A DNA stretch of 64,000 nt from Marinicella sp. Its GTDB lineage: Bacteria > Pseudomonadota > Gammaproteobacteria > Xanthomonadales > Marinicellaceae. The DNA lies in contig OZ246001.1 in the NCBI GenBank assembly GCA_965230295.1, positions 1,792,001-1,856,000 of the forward strand, read 5' to 3'. The position numbers and the translations under genes are program-made. The notes under the pieces are model-generated. The model made no database searches and was not told the DNA's origin. It saw only the letters and a list, made by a program, of their open reading frames with translations. Of the stretch, positions 1 through 10,182 are shown one piece after another. The number at the start of each line of letters is the position of its first letter. Position 1 is the first letter of the stretch.

Positions 1-159
1 AACACGTCTTAAATTTAAGGCATCATCAAATGAGTTCCTTTGATTGGTATGAACTCCCAATAGTAAGCAAAGCAAGGTGGTTAATTTACCAATGAATTCT
101 GTCTATTTATCTAGAATATAGTTAAAATTTAATCGCCTATATATGGAACCATAAATTTA

Positions 160-804
160 ATGAAGAAAAAGCTTTTGTTTGTTCATATTGCTAAGACGGG
201 AGGCACAAGCATTCGGCGAATGCTCAATAAAGCAACGCCAAAAATAGAATATGATTGTATTCATAATGGTAAGCTTATAAGGCATCAGAACAATAAAATT
301 GTGCGCCAAGCCATTGGCGGAAGAATGGCTTCAGATGATTATGATTATACGGCTTTTTTTGTTCGAAACCCCTATGCCAGATTACTGAGCTGCTATAAAT
401 ACTTTTATGGTGGCGGTCTCAATCAGTTCAATGACAAAACATTTCAAGGCGATAAAGACACACAAGAATTGATCAAAAAACAATTCCCGAAATTCCAAGA
501 TTGTTGTCATAACTTAAAAGAATTTTGTGAAATAATCACCCATGCCAGACCCATGACAGAATGCATTGAAAGCAGCTGTTCATTACCATCAAACCAGAAA
601 GCCATCATTCAAGGGCGCTTTGAATCATACAATGAAAGTGTGATTAACCTGTTTTCGCATTTAGGCACAACCATTCAAACTGATGACATTCTGAAAATAA
701 ATTTATCTTCACAAAACGATCAATTTAAATATGACGCAGCTATGAAAGAAGAAGTTTATCAGTTCTATAAAAATGATTTTGATCACTTCAACTATGACAA
801 GTGA
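160..804 (+). CDS. Sulfotransferase family 2 protein
   Basis: 5'-PSB motif FVHIAKTGGTSI, 3'-PB motif FVRNPYARLLSCY, C-terminal YKNDFDHFNY typical of Sulfotransfer_2. Confidence 0.85.
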   Translation: MKKKLLFVHIAKTGGTSIRRMLNKATPKIEYDCIHNGKLIRHQNNKIVRQAIGGRMASDDYDYTAFFVRNPYARLLSCYKYFYGGGLNQFNDKTFQGDKDTQELIKKQFPKFQDCCHNLKEFCEIITHARPMTECIESSCSLPSNQKAIIQGRFESYNESVINLFSHLGTTIQTDDILKINLSSQNDQFKYDAAMKEEVYQFYKNDFDHFNYDK

Positions 805-857
805 TTAATTAATCATATGGGTATCCATTGGTTTTATCACACGGTTTTAGCTAGGAA

Positions 858-2627
858 CTAATCCGCATCATTCGATAAATATTTATATTGAACGGCTTGG
901 TATTTTTTTACCCATTCGTTGTTTTGCATGTCTTTAATATCAAATGATTTGTTGTCATCTAAGAGCACAAAAGTAAAAGCTTGATACTGTTTTTTGACTT
1001 CGTTTAAAAAAGCATAAAACCCCTTCGGTTTGATGTTGGCGATTTTCATTAAGGTTAAACCAATGAAATTCATGCTGGTAAACAGCTCATTTGAATCTGG
1101 AAAATTCACATCATAATTTGCCCAAAATAAATAAGGCACAGTGTGTTGTTGAACCTTTTCCTCAAAAGTCCAGTTTTTCAAAGGAGTCTCCCTTTTTGCT
1201 TTTAATGCGGGTTGGTGGTCGCCGACAATCAATATGATGGTTTTTTCACTGCTGTTCAATTGATTGGTCAGGCTTTTGAACAGTTCATCGATGTGAATCA
1301 TGGCGTTGTAATACGCGATTATTTCATTGTTGTGTTCGTTGCTTAAATCACTGCTCAACAACTTAACCTTGTTGTTTGGGTAATCTTTGATTTTCCATGG
1401 TGCATGAGAAGAGTTAGGGAAGGCGAAGATAAAAGATTTATCTTGATGGCTGATTAATTCACCAATTTTGGCTGAAATTTCCTCGCTGGATCCATATCTT
1501 TTGGTTGGATCAAGTTCAATACTTTGATCAAACCTGCTTAAGCTAAATTTATGGTCAAAACCCAAATGTTCATATATCGAGCCATAACCATACCCTTTCA
1601 TTTCTACCACCTGAATGGCATTGGTGGTGTAGTTATGTTGTTTAAATTGTCTTGCGATGCTTGGTATGTTGTGATGGATGAAGTCTTTATAAGGAATTGA
1701 ACCAACAGGATTAAAAACATTAGAGAAACCTGTTAACAATTCAAATTCTGCATTGATTGACTTCCCTCCAAACACCGGCGAAATGAGGTTGCCAGAAAGA
1801 CCAGAGCTTTCTAACTGATTAAATATTGGAGTCACTTCTATATTGGTTTTCCACGGCAACTCCTTAACGTTTTGGTATGACTCTATCAATAAGACAATGA
1901 CATTGTCAGGGGTTGCTCTCGGGTGTTCAAAAACATCCTGTCCCTTTTGAGAATGGTCACTTAGATATTCATTGGCCAGCTTCAGCGAATAGTGACTGGG
2001 TTTTTCAAGCTTACTTGAGAAATAAGCACTTTGAATGAAAAAAGTTAACAGTCCGAATTTTTGAGTTTTCTCATATATATTTGAATTCCATTTGTATTTT
2101 ATCTTTTGGCTACTGAGGTATTTTTTCACCCCTTGTGGAGTCGAGCTGAGAATAACTACAAACAACAAGAGTGTCACAGAAGAAATAAGCCGATAATGAT
2201 TGCCTTTGCCTTTCTTTGCGGCATAAAAAAAGACAACAGCAATGATACAAAGCAAACTCAGAACAGCGACAAGAACAAAGGTGTCTATGCTGTCTAAATT
2301 TAACAGTAAATCATACAGTTGAAAAAAATCATAGTAAACGATAGGTACCTTCAAATATGAAAACTTGACCAGAGAAACAGCAACAAACAACAAATAAAGG
2401 GTGTTGCTAATAAGAAAAGAAAAGATCAAGTTATTGGTGATGATTAAACAACACAGAAATATCAAAAACAAACCAATAAATTCAATCAGGAACCCTGGTA
2501 ATTCAAGATGAATGTCTGATTGATAGCCTCCAACATATTCTTGTAAAGAATAATAAAGCAAAAATATGACCGCCACTTGAAGTAGAACCAACCCCAGCGA
2601 TATGAGATATTTGTTGTTTTTTATCAT
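858..2627 (-). CDS. LTA synthase family / alkaline-phosphatase-superfamily membrane protein
   Basis: About five N-terminal TM helices, then NVIVLLIESY, GGKSINAEFELLTG, SHAPW and VGDHQP motifs. Confidence 0.85.
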   Translation of the reverse strand: MIKNNKYLISLGLVLLQVAVIFLLYYSLQEYVGGYQSDIHLELPGFLIEFIGLFLIFLCCLIITNNLIFSFLISNTLYLLFVAVSLVKFSYLKVPIVYYDFFQLYDLLLNLDSIDTFVLVAVLSLLCIIAVVFFYAAKKGKGNHYRLISSVTLLLFVVILSSTPQGVKKYLSSQKIKYKWNSNIYEKTQKFGLLTFFIQSAYFSSKLEKPSHYSLKLANEYLSDHSQKGQDVFEHPRATPDNVIVLLIESYQNVKELPWKTNIEVTPIFNQLESSGLSGNLISPVFGGKSINAEFELLTGFSNVFNPVGSIPYKDFIHHNIPSIARQFKQHNYTTNAIQVVEMKGYGYGSIYEHLGFDHKFSLSRFDQSIELDPTKRYGSSEEISAKIGELISHQDKSFIFAFPNSSHAPWKIKDYPNNKVKLLSSDLSNEHNNEIIAYYNAMIHIDELFKSLTNQLNSSEKTIILIVGDHQPALKAKRETPLKNWTFEEKVQQHTVPYLFWANYDVNFPDSNELFTSMNFIGLTLMKIANIKPKGFYAFLNEVKKQYQAFTFVLLDDNKSFDIKDMQNNEWVKKYQAVQYKYLSNDAD

Positions 2628-4573
2628 AAATACTTTTCAAAAATAGGAGTTAGTAATGCCGAGGCCTTACGCGTAATGTGGTCATCATCCCTAAAAAGCA
2701 GGACGTTGTTTTTTACCAATTTACACGGGGATTCCGGGCACAGTATTTTTTCAATAGGCATATATTTTATGGCGTCACCATACACTTTAATTTCATTCAT
2801 AATGATGTCGTTAACACCTTCATTCACTGTTCCAAATAAGTCCTGTTCTTTATTTAAATAAATATTTCTGGCAAAAGTTTTGCGGGGATTGAAGCTGAGC
2901 ACAGGGTTGTCTTCAATAACAACTATATTTTTTTGGTGCTGTACCAGCAACTCAAAGGTTCGGTGTAAGCCCCTGAGGAACAACACATCCCTTGATTCTG
3001 GATAGTTGTTGTTTTGTTGGTAATCGAAGTGTTCAATTTTTCTGCGGTTATGATCATACCCCCTGTAAGCAAGAGCCCAATAGCCTGCCAGAAAAACGGT
3101 TTTGATTTCTTTGTTTTTAATGATTTCATCGATGGCCAAATCTGTAAATCTCAGGCAAGACTTTCTGCCTTTTTTATCAATACCAATGATGGGTCGGCAC
3201 CCGGGTCTTGTATATTGAAAACCAGATTTTCCCTTATTTATGGCAGCTAATTTGAGGCCGTACTTGAAAGCTTCGGCATGAGAATCCCCGAACAAGGCAA
3301 AGCTCGGTTTGGCATTGGGGTCACCAAAAGTGCAGAAGTTTTTATCCTTAATGTCCTGAGAGCTCATCCTGTGACAATGTCTGTTTTCTGGCAGGTAATC
3401 TTTAGATGTGCTTGCGTGAATAACAGCATCCGGTAACCGGCCAGGGAAGCCGTTTGTGTATATGACACATAAAGACAAGGTAATGATCAATGTGGCCATG
3501 ATAAGGAGGCTTTTCAGTTTGGTAGATAACCCCAGCGAATAAATACCATTGCCTCTGAATGGCTTTTCAACAAAAAGATAAGTGATGATGGAAAGCAATA
3601 ATGAAAGCACTAAAATAATTTCATTCAAATAGACATGAGAAAAAGCCATCTTTAGATAAACAGTTATTGGCCAGTGCCATAAATACAAAGAGTAGGATAT
3701 CAAGCCGATGAAAACCAAGTACTTATGTGACAGGACCTTATTCACAAAAGGCTCTTTTTCGAAACTGCCTGAAAAAATGATCAGCATACTTCCCAATACA
3801 GGTAACAGTGCATAATATCCCGGAAACAGTATATTTGTTTCAAACCAATAAATTGGGAAAATAATTAAACAACAGCCAACGATTGATATAAGCTCAATGA
3901 TGTGGCCATTTATTTTTTTTATGTGCTGAAGTATCAGGGTCAGAAAAAAACCAGCCAACAATTCCCAGGCCCTTGAAAACAACATATAAAAGGAAAAAGT
4001 AATATCAAGGCTGGTGTATAAGACATTGATATAAAAAGACAGAATAATCAATGACGTGGTTATTACAAATATTTGTTTTTTATTGAGTTTGGTCAGTATC
4101 AGATAAGCAAAAAGTGGGAACAAAATATAAAATTGCTCCTCGACACCCAGAGACCAAAGGTGTAATAACGGCGTTGCCTCAGCCTCTATTTCAAAATACC
4201 CAGTATTGAGCCAATACAAAACATTTGGTACGAACAGTGTAGAAGCTATTGAAGCAACACCCAGGTCAAAAAACTCGTCACTTAACAGGATAAAGAACCC
4301 GGCAATTAAACAAACCAGGATTAAGGTCAGTAAAACGGGCAGGATCCGCAGAATTCTTTTTTTATAGAAATGTCTAAAGGAGAAATCATTGTTCAGTGTT
4401 TTGGTGTAAATAATCTGAGAAATGAGAAAGCCAGAAATGACAAAAAAAACATCTACACCTATATATCCACCATTGAAAAAAGGATAATCTAAATGGAAAA
4501 AAACCACAGCCAAAACGGCAATGGCTCGTAAGCCATCAATATCAGGTCTGTATTTTAAAGGGGCATTCTTCAT
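2624..4573 (-). CDS. Acyltransferase 3 (OafA/YrhL-like) with C-terminal SGNH domain
   Basis: YRPDIDGLRAIAV, GVDVFFVISGFLI, LHLWSLGVEEQFY; SGNH motifs GDSHA and DDDHI. Confidence 0.93.
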   Translation of the reverse strand: MKNAPLKYRPDIDGLRAIAVLAVVFFHLDYPFFNGGYIGVDVFFVISGFLISQIIYTKTLNNDFSFRHFYKKRILRILPVLLTLILVCLIAGFFILLSDEFFDLGVASIASTLFVPNVLYWLNTGYFEIEAEATPLLHLWSLGVEEQFYILFPLFAYLILTKLNKKQIFVITTSLIILSFYINVLYTSLDITFSFYMLFSRAWELLAGFFLTLILQHIKKINGHIIELISIVGCCLIIFPIYWFETNILFPGYYALLPVLGSMLIIFSGSFEKEPFVNKVLSHKYLVFIGLISYSLYLWHWPITVYLKMAFSHVYLNEIILVLSLLLSIITYLFVEKPFRGNGIYSLGLSTKLKSLLIMATLIITLSLCVIYTNGFPGRLPDAVIHASTSKDYLPENRHCHRMSSQDIKDKNFCTFGDPNAKPSFALFGDSHAEAFKYGLKLAAINKGKSGFQYTRPGCRPIIGIDKKGRKSCLRFTDLAIDEIIKNKEIKTVFLAGYWALAYRGYDHNRRKIEHFDYQQNNNYPESRDVLFLRGLHRTFELLVQHQKNIVVIEDNPVLSFNPRKTFARNIYLNKEQDLFGTVNEGVNDIIMNEIKVYGDAIKYMPIEKILCPESPCKLVKNNVLLFRDDDHITRKASALLTPIFEKYL

Positions 4574-4664
4574 ACTTAGAATAGGTTTGATTGTTATGTC
4601 TTAGGCTGTAGGTAACATCAGAAGAGGTGGCTCAATGGATTTTAGCATGTGGTGCCATGGTTAT

Positions 4665-5597
4665 CTAAAAGAACTTATTTATCAAATCATGGAATGATTT
4701 TCTTTCAAGGTTAAGATCGTGTGCTTTCACAGTCGCATCAGCGTGCCCTTTCATCACTTTCATTGCTTCATTCGTCAGCTCCATTGACTGTCTTGTGACA
4801 GCATAAATATCTTCTAGGGTATAGGAAGGGACAAAACAATTTTTACCATCAATACAATAATCATTACCAATCGCAAACGGGCAAATAACCAATGCATTCA
4901 ACGCCATGGCCTCTAATGCCGGCAGATAAAATCCTTCCAACGGATTGGGAAGACACACCACAGTTTTTGCTACAGATACAAAATCTATGAATGACTGTCT
5001 GTCCATCCTCTCGGACAAAAGTTTAACTTTCAAGCCCAGTGGATCGAGTTTTGCTTTCAGCGCTTCCCCCATTTCAGGGTTTTTCAGGCCTGCGATTAAA
5101 ATGTCAATGGTTTTTGGTTTTATAGCCAGTGTTCGAAGTTCCTTCAAATCGGTTCCTGCTGGAATGGTGATCACTGGTCCATTTACCTGTGGAATTTTGC
5201 TGGCCATTTCAGTCATGGCGCCGCTGACACATATCCGGGTTGCCGGCTTGTCAAGATTCTTGAAACGATCAAACTCTGGCATGAGTTTAGATGGGTGCTG
5301 GATTAAATATATAACTTTGAAACCACTTTCATAATGATACTTGCTCGGGATAAATCGTTCCCAGCCCCAACCAGAAATAAACACCACATCAACTTTTTCC
5401 CAGTCTATTTCAGGCATGACATTGTCTTTGTATCTGAACCAAGGGTTTGAAGGCTGCCAGTCAATATCGTCAGGCATGTACAACAACGTATTTAGGTTTT
5501 CATGGCACAAGGCATGCTCGTAATAATGCCTTACTTTTAAAGCCCCGCCACTTGGCTTAACACTTTTTACCGCAAATATGATATTTAGTTTTTGCAT
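4665..5597 (-). CDS. Glycosyltransferase (GT-B, GT4-like)
   Basis: EGFYLPALEAMA (E-x7-E) motif; paralog of 11010..11960. Confidence 0.75.
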   Translation of the reverse strand: MQKLNIIFAVKSVKPSGGALKVRHYYEHALCHENLNTLLYMPDDIDWQPSNPWFRYKDNVMPEIDWEKVDVVFISGWGWERFIPSKYHYESGFKVIYLIQHPSKLMPEFDRFKNLDKPATRICVSGAMTEMASKIPQVNGPVITIPAGTDLKELRTLAIKPKTIDILIAGLKNPEMGEALKAKLDPLGLKVKLLSERMDRQSFIDFVSVAKTVVCLPNPLEGFYLPALEAMALNALVICPFAIGNDYCIDGKNCFVPSYTLEDIYAVTRQSMELTNEAMKVMKGHADATVKAHDLNLERKSFHDLINKFF

Positions 5598-6043
5598 CGC
5601 ATCAATCGTTTTTACTTAGTCGCTAATGAACCAGAGAATGGTCAACCATTATAACAACACCACCGGCTTGAATGTGCTTTGGTCGGATACAGCCTAATGG
5701 TGATTAAATGCTTTGCAACCAAAGAATTCAACCCCCATCTAACAACACCCTATACTGCACTTTTTAATGGTTGAAGGGGTTTGTTTGGTGAGTCAGGCCG
5801 TTTCAGTTTCAGCTTGCCTTATCCATTATTTTCAATTACCATTCTTTTGTTTAACATAACTTCTATCACATCTACATCATCATTTGGCTTGTGATACCAA
5901 AATACCATTGAACAAGTGTATTTTTTTATTCTGAAAGTTTTTGGAAGAGTGTATTTAAGTCCGGTCAATAATCAACCTTAAAAATATGTTTTTCTGAAAT
6001 TCTGTAAAGTGAAAAGCGTTCCGTTGAATCTTGAGAGAGCAAA

Positions 6044-6862
6044 ATGTTTACAACCGACAGGTTTATATATATTCAAATGCAAAAGACTGGTTGTACCCAT
6101 ATTGCAAAATTATTGTCGAAGATATTTGATGGAAAACAAGTCGGTACACACAACACTGCATCAAAAGAGCAAATTGACTCAGACCTGTATTTTATCTCTT
6201 CTATAAGAAATCCTTGGGATTGGTATTTATCTCTTTGGACATATGGGGTACAGGGTAGGGGTGGTGTTATGAGCAGACTCACAAAAAAGAATCGTCGTGA
6301 GGCACTCAAAGTGGCTGCAGAAAGCTCCTCTTTGAAAGACAACAAACAAGAACTGCTTAACAAAGTTTTGAAAAAAGTCGCTATATGGGATCAGTTGTAC
6401 GAAGATAATGGCTGTGTAGAATCTTTTAGAAAGTGGCTGAGCCTTATCCAAGACCCAGCTAACGCCAACTTATTGGGCGAAGGGTATGGAGACTCACAAG
6501 TTGCTAGTCATTGTGGATTTATGTCTTATAGATACCTGAAAACATGTTGTTCTGAAGTGGGCAATATCAAGGAGTCAAATACAATATCAAACTACATAGA
6601 TTTGGTTAAGTTTGAAAGAAAGAATTGTTATATTGATTTTTTTATTCGACAAGAATCTTTAGAAAGTGATTTATGTCAGGTGCTAGAAAAAATAAGAACG
6701 CTCAAACAAGAAGAGAAGAGTTTGATTTGGGGTGCAAAAAAAACAAATACATCGGTAAGGCCGCTTTCGATTTCTGAGTATTATGATCAGGAATCAAAAG
6801 ATTTAGTCCTGAATAGAGAACGGCTATTGGTGGAAAAATTTGACTATCAGTTTCCAAGTTGA
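6044..6862 (+). CDS. Sulfotransferase-like protein (family 2-like)
   Basis: YIQMQKTGCTHI, SIRNPWDWYLSLW, FIRQESLESDL, TNTS..EYYD motifs. Confidence 0.75.
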   Translation: MFTTDRFIYIQMQKTGCTHIAKLLSKIFDGKQVGTHNTASKEQIDSDLYFISSIRNPWDWYLSLWTYGVQGRGGVMSRLTKKNRREALKVAAESSSLKDNKQELLNKVLKKVAIWDQLYEDNGCVESFRKWLSLIQDPANANLLGEGYGDSQVASHCGFMSYRYLKTCCSEVGNIKESNTISNYIDLVKFERKNCYIDFFIRQESLESDLCQVLEKIRTLKQEEKSLIWGAKKTNTSVRPLSISEYYDQESKDLVLNRERLLVEKFDYQFPS

Positions 6863-7013
6863 AAGATAAAAAGAACGCAGTAACCTTCAAGTGTTAAAAT
6901 GAATAATTGCGATTGGTTGGTAAATTTTAGAAGGGCCGAAAACCTCAAAAGAAATGTTATTAAAAGCCTGATCAAAATCAGACTAATGAAGGCTTATTGT
7001 CTACAGTAATAAA

Positions 7014-7559
7014 ATGAACAGAGATTCAGGAAAAATATTTTGTATTGGATTCCATAAAACAGGTACCAAAAGCCTGACATCATCACTCAGACAATTGGGG
7101 TTTAAAGTTAAAGGTAGGTTTGGCGTTAATGACAGCAACATCCAAAACAATGCATTAAGCAAAGCAAAAAAGCTTGTTAGACAATATGATGCATTCCAAG
7201 ATAACCCATGGCCAATTCTATATAAAGAACTGGATGTGTTGGTTCCAAACAGCAAGTTTATTTTAACCATAAGGAACAAAGAATCGTGGTTAAAAAGTGT
7301 TATTAATTACTTTGGTGAAAGTGAAACCGAAATGAGAAAATGGATCTATGGTCATGGTTCACCAGTCAACAATGAATCAATTTATTTATCAACTTACGTC
7401 AAGCACAACGACGCGGTCAAAGATTATTTCTCTGACCGACAATCTGACTTGCTTATCATGGATCTTGAACAAGGAAATGGTTGGAGTGAACTGTGTTCTT
7501 TCTTGAAAATAGATGATGTTCCACTTTCACCTTTTCCACACAAAAACAAAGGATCATGA
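7014..7559 (+). CDS. Sulfotransferase family protein (Sulfotransfer_4-like)
   Basis: IFCIGFHKTGTKS, DNPW, PNSKFILTIR, GWSELCSFL, FPHKN. Confidence 0.85.
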   Translation: MNRDSGKIFCIGFHKTGTKSLTSSLRQLGFKVKGRFGVNDSNIQNNALSKAKKLVRQYDAFQDNPWPILYKELDVLVPNSKFILTIRNKESWLKSVINYFGESETEMRKWIYGHGSPVNNESIYLSTYVKHNDAVKDYFSDRQSDLLIMDLEQGNGWSELCSFLKIDDVPLSPFPHKNKGS

Positions 7560-9274
7560 GCAAGAAACCCATTCACATTTCATTTGTTGTACACCGCGGC
7601 TTTCTGGAAACACAGTCTGTCTTACTTGTTTGTTCCATTTTGAATGTCTACGGCAATAAGGTGAAGATTCATGCAGGGGTTCCAGAACACCTGGGCGGTG
7701 TCGAATCAGGAATCAGCCATGAATTCAAAAACATTTTAACCGAGTTGGGTGTTGAGTTTTTTACAGTAAAAAATCCGATTGGTGAAGACTATCCAATTGG
7801 TAATAAGCTGGGTTGTTTCGCCAAAGTTGATTCCGGAATAAGAATATTTTTAGATACAGATGTTCTCCTTTTGAGACCGTTGGATTTAACCGGCCTCTCC
7901 GATGACAGCATCGCCATTAAGCCAGCAGATAGAAAAACATATAAATGGAGTGATGGAGACTGGAGTTACGCCTATGAAAAATACAGTAAGGCAACACCAA
8001 GCCTGGTTCAAATGTATTCAACTTGTTTCAATGAGTTGATGCGCCCTTATTACAATGCTGGGGTCATCATATTGAGTGGATGTCATGATTTCAGTGAAGC
8101 TTGGAGCTCAATCTCAAAGCAAGTAGACAGTGATGAAAACTTAGCCAATAAAAGACCTTGGCTGGATCAGCTGGCCTTACCGCTGGCCATCAAAAAACTT
8201 GGTTTAAAAGCCACTAACCTCAGTGAGCAATATAACTTTCCTGCGCACTTAAAAACTGTTCCAGCAGACCCTCCTTGCATTGTTCACTATCACTGGGCAA
8301 ACATATTATCCAGAGACCACCAGCTGCTAAAATACGTGAAAAAACTGGCTGACTCGTATCCTGTTTTGTCTGCAGTTTTTAGCGCCTCGTCTCAACAGTG
8401 GCAAGATTTAAATGGATTGATCAAGCAAAAGCGCAAAAAAGAGGTGTTCAGCAAAGATTGTTCCGGCAGGAACATCATTCTGACCGGCATTCCACGAAGC
8501 GGTACCAGTCACTTGTGTTCTCTGTTATCAAAGTACAATGACACTTTTGTTTTGAATGAGCCCAAAGAAGTGATCAGGCCCATTAACAGGCAGCCTATTC
8601 CTTATGGCGTTGATGGGTTTTATGCAGAAATAAGAAAAAACATTCGCTTGAATAAGCCAATTGAAAACAAGCACATTGACGGAAAGATCATCTCCGACAC
8701 AACAGTTGAAGACGAAAGAACACTCTATAGTAAGCCAGACTTAACACCAAACTACCACTTATATACAAAGAATACTTTAGGCTACTTGTTTGCCATTGAG
8801 CGCCTCAAACAAACCATGCCGGATACAAAAATATTCTCATTGTTCAGAAACCCGGTTGATACGATCGCCTCATGGAAGAACAGTTTTGAGCATTTAGAAA
8901 AATCTTTGCCGCTTGAGCTGAAAACCATAAGGTTGCAAAGTAGGTGGTTAAACAAGAAAGACAACCTGAGTCTGATGCAGATCAATTCTTGTGATGATGA
9001 CTGTATCAGAAGGGCAATCTTTTGGAATTTTTTGGCCATTAGGATGATCAAGAATGCACATTTAATTAATCTTTTGCATTATGATGATTTGATACTAGAC
9101 ACGAATCGAGCGATCAATAAAATCAGGAATTTGGCAGGCCATGAGGCAGATGAAATGGTTTTAAAATCTTCTGATATCAGGTCAAAGCGATCTGCATTGA
9201 GTGATGCTGAAATCAACTTAATCGAAGAAATAACCCACAATACTTACCAACAACTGTTGCGCTTAAAAATTTAA
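7556..9274 (+). CDS. Fusion of GT-A (GT8-like) glycosyltransferase and sulfotransferase
   Basis: N-half FLDTD, YYNAGVI, LDQLAL, IVHYH; C-half TGIPRSGTS, NEP, RNPVDTIASW; ATGA overlap with the upstream gene. Confidence 0.8.
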   Translation: MSKKPIHISFVVHRGFLETQSVLLVCSILNVYGNKVKIHAGVPEHLGGVESGISHEFKNILTELGVEFFTVKNPIGEDYPIGNKLGCFAKVDSGIRIFLDTDVLLLRPLDLTGLSDDSIAIKPADRKTYKWSDGDWSYAYEKYSKATPSLVQMYSTCFNELMRPYYNAGVIILSGCHDFSEAWSSISKQVDSDENLANKRPWLDQLALPLAIKKLGLKATNLSEQYNFPAHLKTVPADPPCIVHYHWANILSRDHQLLKYVKKLADSYPVLSAVFSASSQQWQDLNGLIKQKRKKEVFSKDCSGRNIILTGIPRSGTSHLCSLLSKYNDTFVLNEPKEVIRPINRQPIPYGVDGFYAEIRKNIRLNKPIENKHIDGKIISDTTVEDERTLYSKPDLTPNYHLYTKNTLGYLFAIERLKQTMPDTKIFSLFRNPVDTIASWKNSFEHLEKSLPLELKTIRLQSRWLNKKDNLSLMQINSCDDDCIRRAIFWNFLAIRMIKNAHLINLLHYDDLILDTNRAINKIRNLAGHEADEMVLKSSDIRSKRSALSDAEINLIEEITHNTYQQLLRLKI

Positions 9275-9291
9275 CCAACGGTTTGTTACAT

Positions 9292-10116
9292 TCAATCGTA
9301 TTCGAAGTTATCGTAAAACTTCTTGTAGTGATCACCGTATTTAACCAGATAGTCCTGGATTAATTGTTTTTCACTGTGGTCGTAATATTTGTTTTTATTT
9401 CCTGATTCAAGCTTATTGATGTCAGGTGAATTATTGCCTGTTATTTGACTGATGATTCCATGGGTGTCTGTTAACAGGTCTTCATATTTGATAATTTCAA
9501 CAGCGTTTAAGTGGTTGAAAAACTCCCGGTAAAACCAATCAATGATCAAAACCTGTTTATGCAACAAGTCTGTTGATCCTGAAGTAAAGTCTAAAAAATC
9601 AGTTGAATATTTCTCAGCTATTTTCATGTTGCCGAAACTGACTGGTATTTTCAGCGACCGCCATGACATGATGCATGAAATCGGATTTCGAATGATGCCA
9701 TATATTTTGAATTCATTGGTCTTGATCAAATCACTGAGGCAGGCGGTGAATTGCGCATTTGATTTGATATAAAAAGGGTACTTGGCATATGCCTTCTCTA
9801 ACTGCACCCACTCTTCATTCTTAATTGTGATGACTTCACCACTGTTGTCTCTTTTGTAATAATTTGTGGGCGTCTTTTGCGTTTCTTTGTTAATTTTCAG
9901 CTTTAAGGGTTTGTTTTGATCAATGTCGGTCCTGAGTCTTGCAATTTGAAACAGCAGTTCTTTGGTAAACGCATCGCTGGTTTCACTTGATTGCCTGATT
10001 AATTTCAACCATTCTGGCTCACTGAACACAACAGCTTTTTGGCTGTCTGCAATTAGTGATGTAATGAGGGTTGTCCCTGATCTGGGAATACCGGTTATGA
10101 GGTTATTTGATTTCAT
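9292..10116 (-). CDS. Sulfotransferase
   Basis: TGIPRSGTT, RNPISCIMSW, IKYEDL; start moved to ATG 10116 because the longer ORF start lies inside a terminator hairpin. Confidence 0.8.
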   Translation of the reverse strand: MKSNNLITGIPRSGTTLITSLIADSQKAVVFSEPEWLKLIRQSSETSDAFTKELLFQIARLRTDIDQNKPLKLKINKETQKTPTNYYKRDNSGEVITIKNEEWVQLEKAYAKYPFYIKSNAQFTACLSDLIKTNEFKIYGIIRNPISCIMSWRSLKIPVSFGNMKIAEKYSTDFLDFTSGSTDLLHKQVLIIDWFYREFFNHLNAVEIIKYEDLLTDTHGIISQITGNNSPDINKLESGNKNKYYDHSEKQLIQDYLVKYGDHYKKFYDNFEYD

Positions 10117-10124
10117 TGAGATAT

Positions 10125-10160
10125 AAAAAAACCCTGACATCAAATGTTCAGGGTTTTTTT
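10125..10160. terminator. Intrinsic terminator (bidirectional shape) downstream of the secreted-protein gene
   Basis: aaaaaaaccctga-catcaaatgt-tcagggttttttt inverted repeat with A and T tracts. Confidence 0.85.
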
Positions 10161-10182
10161 ATTACTTTGTTTTAATAAACAA

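Noticed and set aside
5819-5940. Minus-strand fragment ...WYHKPNDDVDVIEVMLNKRMVIE resembling a ParE toxin C-terminus
   Set aside because: Similarity is short and weak, with no full ORF or antitoxin; needs a translated search
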